Part shown: positions 26,280 to 39,513 of the stretch, in pieces
Position numbering within the stretch: position 1 is the first letter of the stretch
How the letters are laid out: each line of letters starts with the position of its first letter
NCBI RefSeq assembly: GCF_006345805.1
Contig: NW_021836306.1
Span: 3,243 to 67,242, forward strand
Origin: Octopus sinensis
Taxonomy: Eukaryota
Reading direction: 5' to 3'
Length of the DNA: 64,000 nt
Translations under genes and position numbers: made by a program
Notes under the pieces: model-generated
What the model was told of the DNA's origin: nothing
Seen by the model: only the letters and a program-made list of their open reading frames with translations
Databases searched by the model: none

Positions 26280-29200
26280 TTATTTGTCAAAATAAAAGAA
26301 AGCAAAAGATTGACGTCCAGGAATAATTCCAAAAACCATCAAAGAATTGTCTGAAACATCCAAACCAAGAACTTCATAGACTTCATTATCATCCTCTCTG
26401 AGGAGTAAATATTTTGGATTATCTTTTAATCCCAGGATTTCATCATCCTCAGATGTTTCCTCTTCAATATGTTGAGGTATTTCGTACATATTGCTTCTTA
26501 TATCTGTTATATAAACACATTCACCAATTATGGTTAGAAGAGGTCTTGGAATATAATATCCCGGATCAAAAAATATTCCTTCTTCTATTCTTATCCTCCT
26601 CACCAAAGACTTTTCCCTGAACCATTCCACAAAACAATAAACTTCCCAAATTCCAGACTCCTTCATCTCCCTCCTCAAAACAAGAACATCACCAAAAGAT
26701 GTGACTCCCACACCATCCACCCCTTCATCTCCCTCCAACCTTCCCCGTCTCCACATATTCCCACGACACACTTCATCTTTAAATTTCCCATCTTTGATAT
26801 CAACCACATCCACATAATAAGGGTCAAAGATGTCAAGGTCCATGCAATAATAGTAATACTTGTTGTTTCTCCATATTCTTTCGTATTTCTTTTGTCTCTC
26901 TTCTTGAGTTATGTCTCTAATATAATGACCACCGCACACGAGTTGATTGTCATTGTATTTATAAATCCTGCTGTAGTATTTCTCAGTTCTGATGGTTTTT
27001 AAACGACGGAGATCCCTGTTGAAGACCCTCATTTCTCTCCCAAAGGTGACAACAAAACATTCCTCTGTCCACCGACATATGTCCAGTGCTGGTCGTTGTT
27101 GTTGTTCATGTTGAAGTATGTCCACTGTTGTTGTTGTTGTTCTGATTAATGTGACACTTTCTCGAAATATCAACACACTCACATTCTCATCTAACTTAAT
27201 TAGTTTACTGTTCTGGTCCCTAATGTCCCTATAATCATAATTAACAGGTTCCTCAAATGCAGGAATGGAAAAAGGGACCATTGCTGTCCTATATGGAAGT
27301 CTCCTCACTGATATTTCATCAATTCCTGAATTATTAATCTCCGCTATGTAATTACCACATCTCACCTTTAATCTACCTTTACCAATTATTTCACCTGATT
27401 TACCTCTTCTTCTTCCTCCTCCATCTCCTCCTCTGTATTCCAATTTGTTAATTAATTCATTACTGAATATTTCCTTGTTCGTTTCAGATGTAATGGAAGG
27501 GAAACGAAGACCAGAATCAAGATTTAATAACGACACAGATTCCAGAATGTTCACTTGGTTCCCATCAAACTTTATGCAATGACATTCAATCAATTCATTA
27601 TGTACACACCAGTAAATACACGCCACTTTTCTCCATATTACACCATAAGGGATGAGACTCGACCAAACTTGATATGTCTGCAAATCTTCTCCATTCAGTT
27701 GTAATATTTCTTTCCTTTTAGGAACCGTGGCCATTATGTGTGATTCTTGTGCAAAACACACACCACCAACTAAACTTGCAACATTTCTGTGACATAGCAA
27801 CTGGCCGTCTTCATCGAATATTTTAACATTTCCATTATTGACTTTTTCACACACAACTGTCTTTCCTTCCTCAGAGACATCAAAATCTTTTACTTGAACA
27901 GGACATTCGTCTGTTTGTAAACGAGCAACCGGGAAGCTGTCTCGATTCACCATAAACAACCCTTCAACATACATTTCATTCTCTCTTCTCAATTTGGGGC
28001 TTCCAACAAACCTTGGCCCTTTACAGTCTATACTGGAGAAATCTACTTCATCTTTATAAATTCTTTTATTTAAAAATATTCTCTTGTATTCCCCATTCTG
28101 GGTCAAACACAAAATGTTTCGATATTCAGATAAACCAAAACATTTCTCCCACTCACCATAAATGTACAAAAAACTGTCATCAATTGTCATCCTGTCATCA
28201 CCAAAATAATCCTCCATGTAGTGTCTGACTGAATGTAAATATTGACCACCACTGTTGAAGAAGATGATGAATCTTTCGTTGAAGACAATGATGACATCTT
28301 CATCAGTAACTTTAATATCATGGATTCTATCAGAATAATCTCCATCTTCGTTTCTCCATATTAATGGTTCAGGTATGTCTATTTTATTTATTTCCTTCAC
28401 ACTCGAATGTATTTCATCAATATCAACAAAATGCAAATGTCTTCTATCTCCCGATTCACTCAAAACCAGTTGATTATTTGATAAAGAACCCACACATTTA
28501 TAATTATTTCTCGTTTGGTAAATTACCAACGACAATGGAAATTCCCCTTTTAATGTCAACAGTTGGTATTTATTATGATAACGATCCCAATTCGTAATGA
28601 CCAGTGTGTTTGACTGCCATCGACACATTTTAATATAATAATAAACATTCACTTTGATTGAATCCATAAGGTGACCATCCAATGTGAATATCTTAATGTT
28701 TCCATTCTCCCCGTCCCATCCTGCAATCAGATTATTTTCAGTAAGAACCAAAGAATCAATCCTCGCTGGTCCTTTGTCTCCCAAATGTTCAGGGAGAGGA
28801 ATATGTCTGGCTTTATCAGAAACTGTGAGGTCCTGTAGATATAAAGTGGAAGACAACATTTCACTGAGAGAAATGTGTCTGGAAAATACATCCACCAGGT
28901 CGATATAATAATTAAGTTGATTATTAGTAACGAGATCATTAACCAACAAATTCTGATCGTTTATGGCAAACATACGGCTTCTGTCTATCAGATAAACAGA
29001 TGTTTGGTCAATAGATCCACCTTGGAGACTGAGGGGACGTTTCACTTGGGACATTAAAACACTGGGGACCATCTGACGACCTCCATGACCACCACCACCT
29101 ATTCTAGTGTTGTACTGAAAAGCTTTTTCCTTAGTAACAAGTAATAGCTTTTCTGTTTTCTTGTCTATTGATAAGGATTTCACAAACACAGGGATATTAA

Positions 29201-31323
29201 TTGTCTTAATTACTTCGACTTGATTATAATAATTGATGGCTAAAATGTCAAAATGTGATGGTTTATCACAATAACAAACAATTTCACATTCACCCATCTT
29301 ACACACCCGTACATAAGGCTGCCTTAATGATACACTTCTCACTGTCTTTGATAGGTTTCCGATGACCCTTAATTGTTTCTGTAGGGGTAATGTGACCCCT
29401 ATATGATTAGAATCCCATCGACATATATCTGTGGCTGTAGACGGCAGAGATAATCTGGACACAATGTCTCCTTCCTCAGAAACGTACAACAAGCAATCAT
29501 GCTTGATGTCGGACACCACCAACTGTCCATTGGACAGATTACATATTTCGCCAATGACAAGTTTTTGGTCATTCTCCTTTTCTTTGAGTCGTAGATTTAG
29601 ATTTCTGATATAAGGATTTTTAATGGGTAAAAGACAGCCAGATGACCGGTCTTGATACTTGTAAAGAAGAACCCTGTTGAGTTGAGTGTCCGGGACATAA
29701 AGAGTTCCTTGGAAAACAGCAATGTGAGGGTGAACAGGGAAAGGCAGTTCCCACTGCCTTCATTTGTCCATATAGATCGTAACATCTGAGAATAGAGTGT
29801 CTCCTGAAGAGGACATAGAAATAAACATTATCAGAGTAGATGTGATGAGGGTGGCCATAGAATGGAAGGTATTTTTGAAAAAGTTCTTCACCACATGTGG
29901 AATAAAATACCATTTTATTTTCGTTTCCATCTACGACTACAAAATTAATTGGAGTTGCAGCAATGCTGACATTATGATGTCCCAGAGAAATTCTTTCTGC
30001 AATGTCAACTTTATCTTCGTTGATCAAGAAGATATGGACCTCGCTTTTGTTTCCACTTGTGGTTAGAGCTAAACACTTATTTGATACAACATGACATAGT
30101 TCAATGTAATCAGTATGGACTTTCATTAAAGGGCCTTTCATTAGCCCAGGGCATGTGATACACTGAAATTCTTTGTTTTCACGGTAAAACACCAGAAATC
30201 CTTTAGAATTCATTCTACAAAAGCAAGAAGGAATCTCAGGGAAAGTTGAATTATTTTGGTTAATTATTTCTCCAGTCTCAGTGATTAATATAGCTTTATT
30301 ATTCCTGTAGAATATTAATATAGAAGATGTAGACATAGGTAGAATATTAGTAACGTTGTAGCAATCCTCAATATAAATATAGCTGTTCAATGTTGGGGTC
30401 CATAGCTGGAGGTTATATGACTGCCTGAGCCAAAAGTCTTCATTTGTTCCAATGATATGAAGGACATCAAAATAATCGGTTACAAAAATGTTTTCTTTGC
30501 CAACAGAAATATGGCGGCATTTCATGCCAATTTCTCTTGTTGTCACAGCACCTGTACCTGATATCCGATAAATAATATGTCCCTGAAGGACATAAAAATG
30601 GTTTTGGTACACAGAGATGTGGCTTGGAATGTCCAGGGAATTGGTATCCACCTCAAATAACTGCTGGCCATCCACATTGTAACAGGTAACCCTGTTAATA
30701 TTGGAAAAGGATACTAAGAGTTTATTTTGTGCTCCTACAGCAATATCTGAAGGTGTTTCTTTCGTTATGAATTCGTATTTTATTCTATTCTCTTCCCAGT
30801 CAATGACGTATATGGTCTGACCAAACATTTCTACACCTATAAGCATAGAATGTTCCAAATAAGAAACCAAGATTAATCCTAGCTGAATTCTTTTGATTTC
30901 AAAACTTAAAGGGTTGATAATAAGAATCATCTTTCGAAAGGGGAGGGTGGCCAGGACTGTGTCTTGACTGATTCTTGTAAAATCAGTGACAGAAGATGAG
31001 CAATGAACTTCATTTCTGTTGCCGTCTCTTGTTATACAACATATTGTCATACAGTGGTGGGAATATGTTACAATACCCCCTTGTATGACAACAATATTGG
31101 ATATTGGGTTGCTTAAGTCTTCACCAGATTCTTCAATCACTACTTCTCTGGTCACAACTGGCCGAAGAGGCCGAAATTTTGTGGTTACTTTTGGTGGTTC
31201 AATGGTCTTGTGGTTGTATGGGTTACAGGTGACATAAATGTCAAAGAGTCTTTGTTGAAACCAATCAAGATTTTGGTGAACAAAATCATTATTTTGTTCT
31301 GCAAATTCCAGAAATCTTGGCAT
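26280..31323 (-). CDS. Large intronless tandem beta-propeller (NHL/YWTD-like) protein, about 1,680 aa when the 567-aa and 1080-aa ORFs are joined at a 1-nt frameshift near 29757
   Basis: The frame of the 1080-aa ORF stays open up to 29759 and reads QWELPFPVHPHIAVFQGTLYVPDTQLNRVLLYKY; recurring blade motifs DFTRISQDTVLATLP, DICRWDSNHIGVTLP, DICRWTEECFVVTFG, PSDIAVG, PSHISVY; fold assignment is by pattern only. Confidence 0.75.
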
Positions 31324-31347
31324 TTTACATTTGATATTACGTAAAAT

Positions 31348-31662
31348 TCAAGATCCATTTAAACCCAGAGAGTCCATGTGATTGCATTTATCCTTTACAT
31401 AATCTATAAACGTATTGATGTGGTCTGTTTTGATTAGTGTTTGGTAACATGTCACAATATGAAGGAAACTTGGTAACATGGACTTTTCCTGTTCTTTAGA
31501 TTTCTTTGTGTCTTTTCTTTCCTGTTCTTCTGTTTTCTTTGTGTTTTGTGTATGTAATATTTGGGTAAGAATTGGTGTAGTTTCCTTATAAATTGCTGTT
31601 GTATCACAGACTGTGGCAGGAATGAGAGCCAACATTTTGTTTCCTTCATTAATCTTCTCCAT
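31348..31662 (-). CDS. 104-aa ORF in frame with the propeller ORF (N-terminal extension broken by one TGA, or an in-frame uORF)
   Basis: Same frame; only TGA plus 8 sense codons separate it from ATG 31323; candidate acceptor TTCATTTTATTTCAG ends at 31780. Confidence 0.45.
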   Translation of the reverse strand: MEKINEGNKMLALIPATVCDTTAIYKETTPILTQILHTQNTKKTEEQERKDTKKSKEQEKSMLPSFLHIVTCYQTLIKTDHINTFIDYVKDKCNHMDSLGLNGS

Positions 31663-34206
31663 TTTATGAATATAGAATTATTATCTTTTTCTGTTAAATA
31701 TATTCTTTTCTGTGGATTTTGTTTTCTTCCTTTGGAATACAATTTATCTCTTCAAAATTCACTAATTTTTACATGAAAGCTGAAATAAAATGAAAACTTT
31801 ATTAGTTTTGTGAAAAGCTTTTGGTAAAATAATATTTACTTGATTCATTCAAAGAATTTCAAGGAAAACACACATTTCATTAAATATATTAAACAAATTG
31901 TTTATTTGACAGTGAAGTTAAACATTTAAACTGTTTACAATGGAATAATCATTAGAAATAAAACTTGAAGATATAAATACACCATTATCTTTATTGACTG
32001 AATATAAGTGATGGTGAAAAGTTTTGTAGTAAGAAGGAATATAAATATTTTGTTGAGGTTATTTTTACAGATATTATCGGTTGAAATTATAGCCAGGACT
32101 GATTTCCTGCTACAACATTTCATATCGAAATGTCAGACGGAAACAAACAATGAGATCAAAGAGAAAAACATCTGTTGTTTGTTCTCATTGTTTATCTCAT
32201 TGTTTGTTTACATCTGACATCTCGATAGGAAAGGTTTTAGCAAAAAATCAGAGCCAACTATAATTTCTATGGAATATCAATAGAATAATGTGAAAAACAC
32301 TGCTAACAAAGTAGAATGTGGTGTTGACTTCTAAAACGATTTAATATATTTTACAGGAATTTATGGTTGCATAATGAAATACCACGTCCCTACAAATCAG
32401 GAATATAAGTATTATTAATAATTATATGCACTGGAAATGATGGACAGTCATGGTTGGCTTGGTTTCCATCATATTTACCTGGATTCACAGATACCAATAA
32501 AGCTGGAGATGAAACTGTTCTTAACCTGACAAATGCTGTAAATCTCTCGACATTTCAATATAATCCACACAATTATCATACACAACATTGATTAACTCGG
32601 AAAGCTTATCCAAAGATGGGCTTTCATATAATCACACTGATAGACAGCATGTTGAGAGGATCGTTATTATTTGTTGCTGATTGAGATCATAAAGATTGGT
32701 TAATGAATTAGCCCAATTAATGAAAGGTAGGTTCATCTTAATTATCTTTAATATAAGGGACAATGTTTGGGTAGCAATGAGAAAGGTGTGTTTGTATGAA
32801 AAAGGGGTTTGGCAGGTGAAGTGTGTTTTGTTTTGTGTTAGGTGAGGAGTTATAACTTGGTGTAGTTTATTATGAAGTATTGGGGGTTTAATGAGGTGGA
32901 TTAGGAAATATTGGTGGGGTGTTTAATGACATTGTGGTTACCCATCATCATCAGAATGATCCTCCACCGCCTCCTTGACCCCAGGAGGAATGAAAAGTAA
33001 AAGAGACCTTCTTCAGGATGTCAGCTCTTTGAATATACATGGACTAAACAACAACATATTTTTTGGGAAAAGCTGGATAAGGCTATGTTGTTGTTATTGC
33101 TGTTGTTGTTGACAACAAAGTTTATACAGAGAAAAGCAGATAATTGCAAATATTTCTATTGTAAAATTAAATTGGAATGAATGTTTATGTTTCACTTGGT
33201 TTATTTTGGGGAAGAAAAACCTACAAAACCCCTCATAATAATTAGTCTTTAATCTAATTGTAGATGTATGTATATACACATGCATACATATATATGAATG
33301 AATGTGTATAATATATACACAAGGATGCACATTTGTATATTTATACATCCATACGTCTGTATGTATGTATGATCATCATTTTACCCCCACTCTTCATGCT
33401 GGAATGGGTTGGATGGTTCAAAGAATATCTTGCCTGAAGTTACATTTTCTGGTTTTCTTTCTGCAGCTGGATGCTCTTCCTGACACCAACCACTGCACAA
33501 TGTGCACTGGGTGCATCTTATGGCACCATCGCTAGAGACAATCGCCATGACCTTGACAAAACTAAAGGTTCCCCTCAATCTCTGGGTGTGACATATACCT
33601 TGGGATGGGTGAGAGATCTAGGGTAATAAATATATGAAAAGGAGTGGTTTGGGTTTTAGGGAGAGACCCAGGTAGGTCCAGTAACATCCCTAGTTTCATT
33701 GGAAGAATGGTGAAGAGAAGAGATTTACTGCCAATCTTTGTCACAGCAATAAGATAGAGTAAAAAGAAGAAGAGAGAGTGATTGAGAGATGAAAGATAGA
33801 AAGATACTTCTGCTAATTATTAATAAGTATATGTATATATACACACACATACATACATACACATATATAGACAGACACATTTTGAATGACTTCTGACTCC
33901 ATCAAAAGAGGATAGGTCTCTTTATTTTTCACATTTAATCACAGATATCTTTATTCTGATGTATAATTTTATATTTTATATTTGACATTCTATACTTGAC
34001 TTTCTAAGTTTGATAAATGTATGCTAATTTATACTTATAATTTATAATCTATCATTTTTAATTCTTAATTTTGTAAAGTTTAATTTTTTAATTTTATATT
34101 TTTAATGTTTAATTTAATGCTTAGTTTTAAGGTGATGTAAAATTAGGTTAACAATATTTTGAAAAAGAACCTGAAGATGGTAGAATTGTAAATCTTATGA
34201 TTACAC

Positions 34207-34241
<35 letters not shown>

Positions 34242-34269
34242 CACACTCACACACACACACACATATAGC

Positions 34270-34896
34270 ATTACATGGAAAAATGTGAGCATGAAAAGTA
34301 ATATTATTAAGATTATAAACCTGGAAAAGTACAGGACAAGTTATTACACCTGTAAAAGTACAGGACAAGTTATTACACCTGTAAAAGTACAGGACAAGTT
34401 ATTACACCTGTAAAAGTATAGGACAAGTTATTACACCTGTAAAAGTATAGGACAAGTTATTACTTCAAGTAAAGAATAAGAAAGTCTTTACTTAAAATAT
34501 TGCAGCCAAGAATTCCAGTTCTTCTAATTTACCACTCTTTACAGTTCTCATCTTTTAAATTTATTGTACAAAACTGTTCAGCTAATTTGTAAGTTTGTCT
34601 AATTAGTCACTTTTTTCTGTATTTAAGGTAGTAAATTAGCTAAATTCTACTTAAATAAGTATAGTGTTATTTGTAAACTATAATAAGTTTTAATATTCAA
34701 ATTTTTATTTTAGCTGCAATATTTTAAGTAAAAAGTTTCTTAATCTTTACTTTACTTGAAGTAATAGCTTGTCCTAAACTTTTACAGGTGAAATCGCTTG
34801 TCCTAAACTTTTACAGGTGTAATAACTTGTCCTGTACTTTTCCAGGTTTATAATCTTAAGAATATTACTTTTCATGCTCACATTTTTCCATGTAAT
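34270..34896. mobile_element. Foldback MITE (about 627 bp) with internal 29-30-bp tandem subrepeats
   Basis: ATTACATGGAAAAATGTGAGC... mirrored at 34896; unit AAAAGTACAGGACAAGTTATTACACCTGT x4 left, x2-3 right; no clear TSD. Confidence 0.85.
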
Positions 34897-35349
34897 CCAT
34901 GATTCTTCCAGGCATTGCTGTTATAACATAATTAATGATGTGTCAATTAATAATTTAGGATTTTACCTTATAAAATACTGGGTAGGGGGATACATTGACT
35001 GCTATTTTTAGCATGTTGAGCGACCAGATAGAGGCTCTTTCATTGGTTTGATTGTGGGATGAGATTTTTTTTACAATCTATGTATAATATTCATATATAT
35101 ATCATCGGCAGAAGTTAGAGAGTAAGTCAAAAGCTGAGAGTTTCATGTATTGGCGCTTATCAAACACAAATTTGTCCATTGTCACTCAGTAACTTGTGAC
35201 GAAATAACTTCTAAAATACAAAATTTTGTCAAAAACGTTAAGAGTAAACCCTGTTGTATGTGACACATTCTACCAGTATTGGAAGTTTGAAAGTGTTTAG
35301 TTAAAAAAAAGTTAATTAAATAATCTGGACGTCAAATTGAATAGATCCG

Positions 35350-37278
35350 GGTTAATATAGGGCGTAACAAATATCAGAAAATCAAAAAAAAAATGTGTGT
35401 AATAGGTGTAAAACAACTTCCTATGAACGAATATGAAAAAAAAAATTCGCGCACGCGAAAGGGGGGTGGGGGAGAGGCCTCGGAAAATTCACATCGGGAA
35501 GTTCCGAAAGCGTCTGAGGAGCTGACCCGGGCACCAAAACAAAAAAAAAATAGTGTAATATGTGTAAAACAACTTGCTCTAAACGAATATGAAAAATAAA
35601 ATGCGCTCTCGCGAAAGAGGGGTGGGGGAGAGGCCTCGGAATATTTATATCGGGAATTTCCGAAAGCGTCTGAACCGGGCACAAAAACAAAAACAAAAAC
35701 AGCGTAATAGGTGTAAAACAACTTGCTCTAAACGACTATCATGAAAAAAATGCGCGCTCGCGAAAGGGGGGGGGGGGAGAGGCTTCGGAAATTTCACATC
35801 TTCAGTCCACGGCCTTTAAACTAAGAAAAAATAGTGTAATTGGTGTAAAACTACTTGTTCTAAACGAGTATCAAGAACACACACTCACACATGAATCATA
35901 AACTCCGTATTTCGCCAAAAAAAAAAAAATAAAGAGAAGAAATTCTGGAAAAAGTGAAGAAATGTTGGATCTCATTCCTTGGTTAAAGCTATTTTAAACA
36001 TTAAATTTATGCTTTTCTTTGAAATAGTTCAGATATATGCAATTCTTTTCACTTATTAAGATGCATTTATCAGAAAAAAAGAGACAGAAAAAATTATTAT
36101 TTTGTGTCAATCCTTCCCTAATTATCCTTTATTAATTAGTTTTGGCGTGTATTTTTTTCCCAAATTTATTCTTTCACCTTTACAACACTGTTTAGTAAAG
36201 CAATTAATTATCTTTATAATTTGCATATTTGACTTATTAATCAAAATTCTCTAGATGTAATATATACTAAGTAATGCATCCTTCATTTATGTGTTCCGTT
36301 CTGTATTATGCATGCGTGACTGTTTGTATGTAAGTGTGTTTAACTGTGCACATGAATGTGAATATTAAAGAACATATTTATTTACTATGATTGTTATTTT
36401 CAGAACAAATAAATCTTTTGGCTGTTATGTTATTGATGTTATTATTATTGCTAGTTAAAGGGTGGTGACTTGGCTGAATATTTTGAGTCTTGTAGTATGT
36501 AGTTGTGTTAGTCAATATTCTGAGTTCAAATCCAACTCATTTCTTTATCATCATTATCGATGGACCACTCAAAGAGGTATGTATACATTATCATTTTCGT
36601 AACATAATTTCTGTAGTATTTCAAGATGTTTCTGACACGTATTTTGATTCACATGGCGGAGATCCAACATTTCTTCACTTTTTCCAGAATTTCTTCTCTT
36701 TATTTTTTTTTTTTGCGAAATACGGAGTTTATGATTCATGTGTGAGTGTGTTCTTGATACTCGTTTAGAACAAGTAGTTTTACACCAATTACACTATTTT
36801 TTCTTAGTTTAAAGGCCGTGGACTGAAGATGTGAAATTTCCGAAGCCTCTCCCCCACCCCCCTTTCGCGAGCGCGCATTTTTTTCATGATAGTCGTTTAG
36901 AGCAAGTTGTTTTACACCTATTACGCTGTTTTTGTTTTTGTTTTTGTGCCCGGTTCAGACGCTTTCGGAAATTCCCGATATAAATATTCCGAGGCCTCTC
37001 CCCCACCCCTCTTTCGCGAGAGCGCATTTTATTTTTCATATTCGTTTAGAGCAAGTTGTTTTACACATATTACACTATTTTTTTTTTGTTTTGGTGCCCG
37101 GGTCAGCCCCTCAGACGCTTTCGGAACTTCCCGATGTGAATTTTCCGAGGCCTCTCCCCCACCCCCCTTTCGCGTGCGCGAATTTTTTTTTTCATATTCG
37201 TTCATAGGAAGTTGTTTTACACCTATTACACACATTTTTTTTTTGATTTTCTGATATTTGTTACGCCCTATATTAACC
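35350..37278. mobile_element. Non-autonomous foldback DNA transposon, 1,929 bp, about 620-bp TIRs, 8-bp TSD TAGATCCG
   Basis: Arms 35350-35974 and 36659-37278 are nearly identical; TAGATCCG at 35342-35349 and 37279-37286; about 120-bp subrepeats inside the arms. Confidence 0.93.
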
Positions 37279-39114
37279 TAGATCCGAAATGGATAAAAAG
37301 CAAATTTGACCTCAGTGGAATTTGAACTCAAAATGTAAACAAAGGCGAAATACCCGTAAGCATTTCGCCCTGTGCTAATGTTTCTGCCAGCTCACTCCCT
37401 TGGAACAGAAACATTCATTTTAGCAATATATTCTTTAATATTCTTATAGCTGAAGCATTACTTCCTTCTCTCTTACTGACACGAAATTTCCTGGCATTTC
37501 ACCCCATGACTTTTCTTCTACGAATTTTTGTTCAGTGCAACTAACGACTCTGAATTCCTCATACATTTTTCTCTCATTTAAGCCTAAGAAAAGTATACTT
37601 TTATTTTAAAATTAAAAAGTTTATGTTAATTGAAGGTGAATAGGTGCCTTACTGCCCCCACCCCTCTATAGGTCCCAGATATTTTGATGTAACTTTTTTT
37701 CCACTGAACCAAATCTAAAACTATTTATGCCAAAGTGTAGCCGAGGAGGTGTCCTCTTTAAGACTGTTAACAGTTGGCAATTTAGTTGAGAACTGAATTA
37801 GTGGTGAAGCTTGGATTGACGGAATGGTGAACTTAAGAATATATTCAACCACTACCATGGTTGAATGATAACCTTCCAATACTGAAACACGTGTAGTTCA
37901 TTCCTAATGACAATTTTAACTTCAGTAGGAGGTAATTAAGGAAGTATATTGTATACCCTGCTGGTGTACTACTGGTTTCATCCTTAAAGTATTAATTCTT
38001 GATGTGCATACAATCTGACCCTACTATACTGTGTAGTCGACAAAATCAAAAACAACCAACCATTATGTGTGTACGAAATTAGAAATATAAAAGAGCGACA
38101 ATTTACCCATCGCAGCCTGTATGTGACGAGTGTGTGCATATATGATAATACAAATAAGTTATAAAACATATGGAAGCAGCTATTTTCCACATGAGATGTG
38201 TTAAGACAGAGCTCAATAAATATGCAATGAATTCCTGTTGGGATCGATAATATAATGAAAGATAATGATGTCCAAAACTGATGGACATGAGAAATTAAAA
38301 CCATGAGAAACATTTTAAGGTGAAAACAAACCTTACCGTCCCGTACCAAATCCTTGCTCCACGTCACACCTCCTTGCTACTCCACCACCACCATACTTCT
38401 CCACATTGGTCCTCCCCATCCCGTTACACAACCCTCTTCTCACGCCACTATGTTGGATGTTTGTGGGTGGGTGTGAGAAAGAGAGAGAGAGAGAGAGAGT
38501 ACCTGTTTATACACACAACTATTTGAATGTATATGCGTATGAATAATACGTGTGTGTGTGTGTGTTGGCTGTATATGAGTAAGTATGTAGTTGTGTTGCG
38601 TTGTGTCTGGTGCTTGGTAACAAAGCATACAGTTTGGCTGTCTGCAGTTTGTTAGGCCAGAGAAGATATTAGCTTGCTTGGAAATAGAGCATCTATCCAT
38701 AGAAAAAACTGCCTCAATGAAGTCTCAGTTGACCGGGGGAAGCAGAGAAAAAGTGACCCTTAAAAACGATCGTGCGCATGTATATATTTAATACCCTTTC
38801 TTGGGGCCCTGAACAACTAATGGAGTTGAAAGAGTATCCATGGGACATACAGTGTGTTTAGGGTGTTTTAAATCTGGAAGATCCCTTCTCTCTACATGCG
38901 TAACCCCTGTCAATGTCTTCCACGGAGAAAGAAAGAAGTAGTTGAGGAGGAAGTGGAAGAACAACGATGACAAATCTTTTGTCTCCTGTGAAAATATACA
39001 GAGTGTATCAAATACATATTTGAGAGTCTGCATAATGATGGGAGGAAATAAATACAAACGTGAATGTGACTGTGTGTGCATGAATATAAGCATTCTTTTA
39101 TTCTTTTCTATGTA

Positions 39115-39240
39115 TGATGGGCTTCTTTCAGTTTCCGTCTACCAAATCCATCCATAAGGCTTTGGTTGGCCCGAGGCTATAGTAGGAGACACTTCCCCAA
39201 GGTGCCACACAGTGGGACTGAACCCAGAACAACGTGGTTG
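39115..39240 (-). mobile_element. CORE-type SINE head fragment
   Basis: CTTCTTTCAGTTTCCGTCTACC...CCCAAGGTGCCAC. Confidence 0.8.
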
Positions 39241-39467
39241 CATAATGCAGGGAAACGGTCGTATAATCAAGTTCCTGCATACCTGGAGAACTACATTGCG
39301 CAGAAACAATTGTAGTGAATGAAAAGAAATGTCCAACCATGTTTCTTCTTGTTGATCCCAATTTTTTTTTCAATTATATATTCACGCACGACAGATGCCC
39401 AAACGCAAACCTGGAAGTACGTTCAATATTACTACTGGATAATGAGTTGCTAACAGAATATACCATA

Positions 39468-39507
<40 letters not shown>

Positions 39508-39513
<6 letters not shown>

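Noticed and set aside
32470-32660. Possible upstream exon of the propeller gene (helical-looking stretch, donor-like CAG|GTAAAT)
   Set aside because: No open frame with a convincing acceptor; cannot be supported without transcripts
35374-37254. Pairs of near-identical 115-, 91- and 68-aa ORFs on opposite strands
   Set aside because: Mirror images in the foldback arms; no transposase or domain motifs
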